From IMG/VR virus record IMGVR_UViG_3300021961_000038, positions 32,001-96,000 of that record: a stretch of 64,000 bases of DNA. One strand, given 5' to 3'. This document shows, in pieces, positions 57,180-64,000 of this stretch. The position numbers and the translations under genes were made by a program. Source of the DNA: a virus. The notes beneath the pieces were generated by a model. That model did not search any database. It was not told the origin of the DNA and saw only the letters and a list, made by a program, of their open reading frames with translations. How positions within the stretch are numbered: the stretch's first letter is position 1; every line of letters starts with the position of its first letter.

Positions 57180-57902
57180 CTATTCTACAATATTTCTTTT
57201 TATTATCTTCAAAACTCGTTTTTGCATATTAGCATTAACAAAGTAATCGTAGAGTTTCTTTAAAGGAACCACACCAAACGTATTTTTGGTTAATGTACTA
57301 CAAATCCAACTTGGGTGTTTTTCTGCCATTAAACGCATTTCAGCATCATCAAATTCAATTAAATTGATTTTATCATTGGTATTAAAACGAATGTAAATTA
57401 ACGGATCACCCTCTTTAATTATGAGTTGACGTGCATCATTATTAATTAAAAATGTTGGTTTCCAAAGATGAAACCATTTTCCAATATCAAATGTAGCACT
57501 TAACACTCTTGTATTTCTTGTAAAACTATTTAGATCGTAATAAGCAGGTAATTGAGTTGCTTCCAAACTTTGTTCAGCAAAGAAGTAATAAGAAAATGCT
57601 AATTGATGTAAACCACGTTTTCCTTGTGGAGCACCAAAGAAGTGTTGAACAAATTCATTGCTTTGACCTTGTATATCCCAATTTCCATCGGGCAGGATAT
57701 TAATTGAAATATCTATAGGTGCTTTAATAACAATAGTATTTTTCATTTCATTTGTTACTGGTGTGCATCTATAAGCCATTTCTCCTAGAAAGTCTTTTAC
57801 ATCTAAATGCTTAATTAAAGTTATAGGAGCAGGATACCTTAGTTCACTAATGTGCCCCGGTGAATTCATAGGTTCTGTTGCTCTACACCAATAAATGTTC
57901 AT
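57180..57902 (-). CDS. hypothetical protein (possibly dUTPase-like beta fold)
   Basis: 240-aa ORF; IK.GDPL.Y.RF motif; family not confirmed. Confidence 0.5.
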   Translation of the reverse strand: MNIYWCRATEPMNSPGHISELRYPAPITLIKHLDVKDFLGEMAYRCTPVTNEMKNTIVIKAPIDISINILPDGNWDIQGQSNEFVQHFFGAPQGKRGLHQLAFSYYFFAEQSLEATQLPAYYDLNSFTRNTRVLSATFDIGKWFHLWKPTFLINNDARQLIIKEGDPLIYIRFNTNDKINLIEFDDAEMRLMAEKHPSWICSTLTKNTFGVVPLKKLYDYFVNANMQKRVLKIIKRNIVE

Positions 57903-58264
57903 TTTCTATAATTTCCTTTTTCTGGAATAACGTGTCTAACACCACCTCTTGGATCTTCCATATCTCCCTTACGTCTTGGAATTAAATGTACGTGCGGCCA
58001 CATAATAGTTTGTCCTGCTTCTACACCAACATTTTGTCCAATGTTATATGAATCGCAATATCCCTTTTGTACCCAATCGTGTCCCCAAGCATACGCGGCC
58101 TTATAACACTTTGCCAAGTGTTCCCAATCTTCCACTTTAGGCACGAATAGGACATGACCTTCTGTAACAGGATATCCATCTTTAAAAACTGTAAAGTCTC
58201 GGGTATCAATCAGTACGTCAGTCCAAGGAACGTCTTTGAATTCTTTAACGACTTGGTGGCTCAT
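57899..58264 (-). CDS. HIT family nucleotide hydrolase
   Basis: D.YPVT.GH.LFVP, YNIG.N.G..AGQT..WPHVHLIPR; start placed at ATG 58264 behind a GAGG SD (track start 58330). Confidence 0.85.
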   Translation of the reverse strand: MSHQVVKEFKDVPWTDVLIDTRDFTVFKDGYPVTEGHVLFVPKVEDWEHLAKCYKAAYAWGHDWVQKGYCDSYNIGQNVGVEAGQTIMWPHVHLIPRRKGDMEDPRGGVRHVIPEKGNYRK

Positions 58265-58970
58265 ATGTTTCCTCATAAAAATGAATTGTATAACCTTTAC
58301 CTCTGGTGTCCCCACCGTTGTTTTCAACATCTACTTCTTTTCCTTCTTCACCATATCTAACACCCTGAATATAAACTTCATCGTTAGGCATAGTGTTTTG
58401 ATCTACTATAAGTTTTGTTGGATCAAATGTTTGACCTACCAAATGTAAAACACCATCAAAGAAAGTTCCTTTTTCACTGCTGATCATTTGTGCATACCAA
58501 CCCTTAGGAATAACTGCATCAGCATCTTCAATTGTGCATTCAATACCATCTTCGTCAATAGCATTATGAAAGTCCTTACCATCGATTATGGTTTCGATTA
58601 CAGGAGCATTGTACTCGGAAGACTCAAGTTCTTCTATGGTAATGTTTGCACCTGAATCTGACACACCCCAAAAATGTCCTGCTTCTTCCGGTGGTTCATG
58701 CCAACCATTATAATAAGTTTCTCCCTTGTCATTTTTAAATGCTAGGAAATCAGCAAAATCTGGAATAGTGTGTTCTTTTACAAACTCTTCAGGATCACTC
58801 ATGTATTCTTCTGCTGATAGATCTTCCTGTGAGTTCCACCAATCAGCACATTCTTTGGAAACTCTATTCCATACCATTTCACTACCATAACCCCAAATGC
58901 TGATACGATAGTATCTATCAGGTCTTTTAATAGTTTCTATTAACTGTTCTTTTTCTTTAAGCGTGGCCAT
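58245..58970 (-). CDS. hypothetical acidic protein
   Basis: 241-aa ORF overlapping both neighbours. Confidence 0.6.
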   Translation of the reverse strand: MATLKEKEQLIETIKRPDRYYRISIWGYGSEMVWNRVSKECADWWNSQEDLSAEEYMSDPEEFVKEHTIPDFADFLAFKNDKGETYYNGWHEPPEEAGHFWGVSDSGANITIEELESSEYNAPVIETIIDGKDFHNAIDEDGIECTIEDADAVIPKGWYAQMISSEKGTFFDGVLHLVGQTFDPTKLIVDQNTMPNDEVYIQGVRYGEEGKEVDVENNGGDTRGKGYTIHFYEETYEPPSR

Positions 58971-59361
58971 ACGTTAGTTCCTCTGTAATGTATCGTTTAA
59001 GTTCCTTGTCCTGAACATCGTTGGGTATTTCGTTTTTATAAAAGATTCTGTAACTGTCACTACCGTACTTGCCAATGCCATAAAGTTGTGTAGCATCGTT
59101 ACCATCCCAATCTTCTATCTGTATGCTCATCTTATAAATGCGTTTTGCTCTTACCTTTTGCATACCCAATGGTGCTAAAAACTCTTCCAGCATAGGAATA
59201 GTTGCTGAACGCAATAGTTTATTTGCTGTGGGCCATCGTTTAAAGAATTTTGTAAGCAATGGTTTAGTTTGACGTCTATTAACTTGATTTAAACAGATGA
59301 CACCAACCATGTGTTGCCATACATTTTTCACCTGTTGTTGTACCATCAAGTCTTCACGCAT
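58957..59361 (-). CDS. HhH-GPD DNA glycosylase, MBD4-like catalytic domain
   Basis: W..MV..ICLNQ...Q......FF.RWP, L.PLGM...RA.RI..MS, LYGIGKYG.DSY.IF, D..L..Y. Confidence 0.8.
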   Translation of the reverse strand: MREDLMVQQQVKNVWQHMVGVICLNQVNRRQTKPLLTKFFKRWPTANKLLRSATIPMLEEFLAPLGMQKVRAKRIYKMSIQIEDWDGNDATQLYGIGKYGSDSYRIFYKNEIPNDVQDKELKRYITEELTYGHA

Positions 59362-59924
59362 TAGTACAGTTCTTCTATTTTATCACAAATTTTTAGTTTT
59401 TTTGCTTCTTGTGCCGACAACCACACATCTTGTGGTGGTAACAAAATTTCACGTATTTGTTTTTCTGTCATACCAATACACTTTTTGTAGTGTTCAATCA
59501 TTCTATTAGTTGATAGTTCAAACTCTTTTACTCTAGCATACAGTTCGTGTTCTTTACCCCTGCTACCCCAACTGTACTGATGTGATAGAATACTTGTATT
59601 AGGTGTTAATATACGTTTACCTTTAGTACCCGCAATAAAAATTAAGAATCCGCAACTTGCAATTAATCCTAGTCCTACTGTTTTAATAGGAATCGAACTT
59701 GCCTTCATTGTGTCAATCAACGCAAAAGCGGCATGAACATCTCCGCCCGGTGAATTAATTATTATTGTTAATTGTGGTAATGGATTATCACTTAAATTAT
59801 GATTCATTATCCATTTAATTGCTTCTTTGCAACTAGCATACGTAATTTGATCCATTAAAAGATACACACCGTTATTATCGATGTTATTAGGTTGCTGTTG
59901 TATTCCTTCTCCTTTTTTAGCCAT
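59361..59924 (-). CDS. clpP: ClpP-family protease subunit
   Basis: INSPGGDV, G..ASCG (catalytic Ser), HQ, D.WLSA.EA....ICD. Confidence 0.88.
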   Translation of the reverse strand: MAKKGEGIQQQPNNIDNNGVYLLMDQITYASCKEAIKWIMNHNLSDNPLPQLTIIINSPGGDVHAAFALIDTMKASSIPIKTVGLGLIASCGFLIFIAGTKGKRILTPNTSILSHQYSWGSRGKEHELYARVKEFELSTNRMIEHYKKCIGMTEKQIREILLPPQDVWLSAQEAKKLKICDKIEELY

Positions 59925-60477
59925 AGTGTCCTACATTCTCCCAGGGATATACTAACCATACATCCTCTTCTGCTTTGTTTACTTCATCGCACCAGTATGA
60001 CACATCGTCAAACTCACTGCTTAGGTTTTCTGTTAATACTGCGAAGCGAACGTTGTCTTTCCAAACTTGGTCCCATACAGGACTATGTGGTAAACAACTA
60101 CTCTTCCAATCTTGTTTAATCCAATTAAATGTTGAGCCAGTATCATTAATATCGTCTATGACAAGAATGTTTTGGCCCATTGGTTTATTTTTAAAGAATC
60201 CCATCTCTGGGGCATATGAACCGTTTTCATCGTAGCCGTACGCATCTTCGGCCATCCAAAAGTTGCTTTCGCTTTCACGGCTATCGTCACGCAAACTAAC
60301 TTTTAGTGCTTCGCAACGTATGCCGGTCATATTTGAAATAATAGTAGCAGGAACGTTACCTCCACGTGTAATGCCTACAATGTAATCAGGACTCCACTTG
60401 TCCTTGTACATTTGGGTAACAATGTTTGTACACATTACTTCCACATCATGCCAACTATAAAACTTTTTCTTAATCAT
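59917..60477 (-). CDS. type I phosphoribosyltransferase (Gpt-like)
   Basis: IVGITRGG.VPA, PRPP loop ILVIDDINDTGST, WLVYPWE. Confidence 0.88.
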   Translation of the reverse strand: MIKKKFYSWHDVEVMCTNIVTQMYKDKWSPDYIVGITRGGNVPATIISNMTGIRCEALKVSLRDDSRESESNFWMAEDAYGYDENGSYAPEMGFFKNKPMGQNILVIDDINDTGSTFNWIKQDWKSSCLPHSPVWDQVWKDNVRFAVLTENLSSEFDDVSYWCDEVNKAEEDVWLVYPWENVGHYG

Positions 60478-60773
60478 TTCTCCTCCCCAAGAGAAAATTC
60501 AACTTTTTTTACGTTATCCCATCTAAAAGAACGCCAGCCTTGGGCATTGATATCCCATACACTGCAAACTTTGTCTGCATCTACTTCACGCACCTTTTTT
60601 TGACTTTGCGGATCTGTTTTTGTTGCTTGTGGTAAAACAGATTCGTTTAGTGTGCAAGTCATTACACGTTCGTCACCGTTAATCTTTGTAAATGTAACAA
60701 CTACATTTCTTTCTTTAAGTAGGTCTCGTAGCCAATCACGTCCTTCTGGTGTATTAATTTGATTAGATTCCAT
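60474..60773 (-). CDS. small SH3/WYL-like phage protein (DUF2693-type)
   Basis: V.FTK.NG.ER.M.CTL ... VWD....GWRSFR.D. Confidence 0.7.
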   Translation of the reverse strand: MESNQINTPEGRDWLRDLLKERNVVVTFTKINGDERVMTCTLNESVLPQATKTDPQSQKKVREVDADKVCSVWDINAQGWRSFRWDNVKKVEFSLGEEK

Positions 60774-61224
60774 TTGCTCTTTCCTTTAAATATATTTCAC
60801 TTTCAACCCATTTTCCGTCTTTTACAAAACCCCATTTTCCATCATTTACTTTTTTACCCATATAGAATAAACTCCAGCAAGGTAGTTCATTACCATTTTC
60901 ATCCTTGGCAAGTTCTAGCCTATGCAGGTCCGTGCTCTTGCGGTAACGAAAATGACCTGGTCCTCTCCAAAACTTGCCTTCAGGGGTATGTTCATAATAT
61001 CCTCCCTTGAGAATTAGAGTTGCATAATTCCAAGGATGATCATGTAAGTCGTCCAAGTCGCTTACAAGAATCTTGTGTAGTGTGATATTAAACGGAAAGT
61101 TCTGTCGATCTTTTAAGAAAATATAATACCTTACTAGGTAAGGCACTAATCCTTCTCTGTCATATATAGTTCTTTTTCTGTCTTTAAAAAAATTAAAAAG
61201 AGATTGTACCATTGTTCTTTTCAT
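60763..61224 (-). CDS. cupin-like protein
   Basis: YL.RY, LH.I..SD...LHDHPW...TLIL.GGY.E, HRLEL, WGF. Confidence 0.65.
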   Translation of the reverse strand: MKRTMVQSLFNFFKDRKRTIYDREGLVPYLVRYYIFLKDRQNFPFNITLHKILVSDLDDLHDHPWNYATLILKGGYYEHTPEGKFWRGPGHFRYRKSTDLHRLELAKDENGNELPCWSLFYMGKKVNDGKWGFVKDGKWVESEIYLKERANGI

Positions 61225-61519
61225 CCTCTTCCCAGTCTCTCTTTACCATTTCGTAAACATATGAAAATTGTTCCCATAATGCTTTACAAGTTGGATTGCT
61301 GTCAACAATGTTTTTGTTAACGAATTCTTTGCTAGTATAATCAGTCCATGGATCTACGTTTACCGATGTTGCAGTAAATGTATGTGATGGCATAGATGTT
61401 GTATCAATGCTATAAGTCCCTGTGTAATATTCTGCTTCGGTTGTTATACCTGTTGTATCAATTTTAGGAGATTCTAACGTTATAGTATAACTTTCGGGAT
61501 CATATGATTTAATAGTCAT
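61193..61519 (-). CDS. hypothetical protein
   Basis: 108-aa Thr-rich ORF between folE and the cupin gene. Confidence 0.55.
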   Translation of the reverse strand: MTIKSYDPESYTITLESPKIDTTGITTEAEYYTGTYSIDTTSMPSHTFTATSVNVDPWTDYTSKEFVNKNIVDSNPTCKALWEQFSYVYEMVKRDWEEDEKNNGTISF

Positions 61520-61530
61520 AGTCTTTAACC

Positions 61531-62217
61531 TTATCTAGGTGCAAACTCCTGTTGTAGTTTGATATTATCCATAAACTCTTTTTTAGTTGCAGGATCGTCT
61601 TTAAATGAACCTTTAAGCACTGTTGTTTGTGTTAAACTTGAATGTGCCATAATACCTCTGTTCTCACAACAACCATGTGTTGCTTGAATATAAACACCTA
61701 AGTGTTTTGCATCTGTGGCCTTTTCAATTTCACGTGCAATGTCATTACAAAGTTCTTCTTGTAGTGTACCACGTCTAGCACACCATTGTGCGATACGTGT
61801 ATATTTAGAAAGTCCAATTACCTTACCATTAGGAATAACACCAATGTATGCTACACCTGTTACTGGTTGATGATGATGTGAACAAACACTCTTTAGTTCG
61901 CTTCGTACAACAAGCATACCTGTATATGCATTTTCACCTTCATTAGGAAAAGCAGTTGCAGTAGGAATACGATCATAACGTCCTTGCATTAGTTCATTAA
62001 AATACATTTTAGCAAGACGTTTAGCAGTACCATGACTGTTAGGATCATTTTCTCTATCAATAATAAGTGAGTCTAGAACACCTTCAAACTTTTCTGCGGC
62101 TTCATCGATTAGTGTTTGCTTTTCACCTTCATAGATGAATTCACTAATATTATCACCCGCCCAAAAACGTTTATTAGCATCTTTGATTCTGCGTGTTACT
62201 TCTTCATACTTTTTCAT
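61531..62217 (-). CDS. folE: GTP cyclohydrolase I
   Basis: TAKRLAKM, S.CSHH, IGLSKY.R....ARR..LQE, H.C...RG. Confidence 0.93.
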   Translation of the reverse strand: MKKYEEVTRRIKDANKRFWAGDNISEFIYEGEKQTLIDEAAEKFEGVLDSLIIDRENDPNSHGTAKRLAKMYFNELMQGRYDRIPTATAFPNEGENAYTGMLVVRSELKSVCSHHHQPVTGVAYIGVIPNGKVIGLSKYTRIAQWCARRGTLQEELCNDIAREIEKATDAKHLGVYIQATHGCCENRGIMAHSSLTQTTVLKGSFKDDPATKKEFMDNIKLQQEFAPR

Positions 62218-62719
62218 TCACTTCTCCGTGCATTATAATATTAATGCTAATTCTAGCAGGACTAGTATTCTTTATTGCTTGATGTTTAATATTGCTATTA
62301 AACAAAACTGCTCTATTAGCCTTATGTTCAACAACTTCACCACCAATAGTAGTTCCGCCATCACTATCATTTACATAGTATAACAGACTATATCTATCTT
62401 GTCTATCAGTATCTATATGTTCTTCTACCGTTTGTCCCGGCGTATATAAATTGGCTCTACAACGTTCAAACTCAATAAGTTTAAACCAATCTTTATTTTT
62501 ATCAAACCAATGATCCATTATAAATGTTAGGCTAGGAGCATAATTTAATGCATTATGTCCTCTTGTACTATGAAACAATTCATGTCCAAATGCACTAACA
62601 TCAGGATGATCACTATATGCACCGCTAGGCCAATACCAAGGAAAAACTCCTGTAGACATTTCAGAGAGATTTCTCTGATATAACCAATCTGGTGCAAAGT
62701 TATCAAATATCTTTATCAT
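62204..62719 (-). CDS. 2OG-Fe(II) oxygenase-like protein
   Basis: R..ANLY......HID, LLYYVN.SDGGT, NRAVLF.S...H, RISINI. Confidence 0.78.
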   Translation of the reverse strand: MIKIFDNFAPDWLYQRNLSEMSTGVFPWYWPSGAYSDHPDVSAFGHELFHSTRGHNALNYAPSLTFIMDHWFDKNKDWFKLIEFERCRANLYTPGQTVEEHIDTDRQDRYSLLYYVNDSDGGTTIGGEVVEHKANRAVLFNSNIKHQAIKNTSPARISINIIMHGEVNEKV

Positions 62720-62723
62720 ACTA

Positions 62724-63827
62724 CTATACTAAACTATTTTTTAGGTTTTTGCAACTAAAATATTCATCAGATAGGAATTTTGATAGTTTATAGATCTCTG
62801 GTAAATGCTTCTTATGATCAGTCATTACCCATCTAATTTTTTCAACAAGTTTATCTTTGTTTGCAATGTAACTATCCCAATCTTGTGTCCATTCGCTTGG
62901 ATATTTGAAATAGTCATCATACATTTCTGTATAACTTAGTCTATCTGGTACTAATGGAAACGTATCTACAATAGCACCTTCATATGCACTAATACCTAAT
63001 GTCTCTTGTAGGTTAGCACTAAAGATCATTTTTGCTTCACCTAGCAAATTATGATATTCAACTTTTGTTAAATGCTGTTCCATACAGATTACAAACTCGT
63101 AATCTTCTTGTAGTGTTTCTTTTAAATCTCTAAATATTTCAGGTTGTTTTTCTGGAGCAACTCTGTGTGGGAAAAGAATTAAGTTTTTCTTTTTCATGCC
63201 TTTAAATGGTACCAACGAATCTTTGGTATACTCCATTGGCCAGCCTGTGCGAACAATTTTTTTAGTTTCTAAAAAGCGTTTACGTTCTTCTTCAAGATGA
63301 TCTTTATCAATTTCTAATAGGTTAGTTAAAAACATATCTATATGAAATTCACTAGCAAAGTGATTATGATCATAACTGTGAAAGAAACTCTTTTCAGCAG
63401 TTCTTACCCAAGGTTTATCACCAATCAATCTACCTAAGAAATCAGCAGGATCATAACTGCCGGCGTGCCATAGTCCGTGTGTTATTACATTGATACCTAG
63501 CAATTCTGCCATGTACTTCACATTAATAATACCAGGATGCCACGCATCTGTAAAGATAACATGATCTCCGTCCTTTACTTTTCCTGCTGTAAAGGCTCTA
63601 GAAAGTTTTTCAATCTGTGTACATTTATAAATGTTAGTTCCACCAAAGTTTAAAAATGCACCTGGAGTTGTTGCATCAGGAATGTCATCTGCACCATCCA
63701 TCACTTCAACTTCCACTGGTTTAGATAGAAATGAAACAGATTTAAGAATCTTAGGCACATGGACTTTCCATTCAGATGTATACCTAGTTTCAACCGCTTC
63801 TAAATCTACTAACCAAATTTTCTTCAT
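62724..63827 (-). CDS. GT-B fold glycosyltransferase
   Basis: C-terminal FPHR.APEKQP..F, Y..LL..AK..FS...QETLGI...EG....P.VP.RLSY.EM nucleotide-sugar-binding pattern. Confidence 0.75.
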   Translation of the reverse strand: MKKIWLVDLEAVETRYTSEWKVHVPKILKSVSFLSKPVEVEVMDGADDIPDATTPGAFLNFGGTNIYKCTQIEKLSRAFTAGKVKDGDHVIFTDAWHPGIINVKYMAELLGINVITHGLWHAGSYDPADFLGRLIGDKPWVRTAEKSFFHSYDHNHFASEFHIDMFLTNLLEIDKDHLEEERKRFLETKKIVRTGWPMEYTKDSLVPFKGMKKKNLILFPHRVAPEKQPEIFRDLKETLQEDYEFVICMEQHLTKVEYHNLLGEAKMIFSANLQETLGISAYEGAIVDTFPLVPDRLSYTEMYDDYFKYPSEWTQDWDSYIANKDKLVEKIRWVMTDHKKHLPEIYKLSKFLSDEYFSCKNLKNSLV

Positions 63828-64000
63828 TAATTTGTCCTTTTGTTTTTATTAAAGGATTTATTCTTCCAATGATTTTTATTGAAAGGCTTTTTTCCTTTAT
63901 AATTTGACCCTTTAACAGGCCAGTTACTTTTGTTATTTAGAAAACTTTGCCATTCAATGCTTTCATTTTTGTACAAGTTGGCTTCATCCCACTTGTAAGC
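63827..64000 (-). CDS. 3' end of a hypothetical gene entering from beyond the window
   Basis: Open frame ...AYKWDEANLYKNESIEWQSF...KNKRTN* whose TAA overlaps the ATG of the glycosyltransferase. Confidence 0.55.
   Translation of the reverse strand, partial: AYKWDEANLYKNESIEWQSFLNNKSNWPVKGSNYKGKKPFNKNHWKNKSFNKNKRTN

Noticed and set aside
1-64000. Stop-codon reassignment, inteins or tRNA genes
   Set aside because: Genes are full length and tightly packed under the standard code (TAG and TGA end several genes); no intein-sized insertion with splice motifs and no cloverleaf was recognised.

Overview
This 64 kb window is from a large, AT-rich, T4-like (myovirus-type) bacteriophage genome that uses the standard genetic code. 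Positions 1-11.2 kb are mostly minus strand and hold the portal, a tape-measure-like gene, gp26/gp51-like hub genes, a GIY-YIG nuclease, gp46/gp47 and a gp55-like late sigma factor. Positions 11.3-45.2 kb form a plus-strand baseplate and tail-fibre operon with gp53-, gp27-, gp5-, gp25- and gp6-like genes, a 4638-aa multidomain protein and four paralogous fibres. Positions 45.3-64 kb are minus-strand early/metabolic genes: dCMP deaminase, ThyX, a MoxR/VWA pair split by three nuclease-like genes, RNase H, and a FolE/QueE/PRTase/glycosyltransferase/HIT/MBD4-like cluster suggestive of 7-deazapurine chemistry. Four signals stand out. (1) A ~500-nt non-coding, highly base-paired element follows directly behind a minimal GIY-YIG nuclease. 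(2) A likely programmed -1 frameshift fuses the gp26-like and gp51-like genes. (3) Six genes have a late-promoter box exactly 5 nt before the ATG, suggesting leaderless late mRNAs. (4) The deazaguanine-type cluster has a phosphoribosyltransferase and glycosyltransferase but no visible DpdA. All annotations come from motif recognition by eye; no database searches were run.
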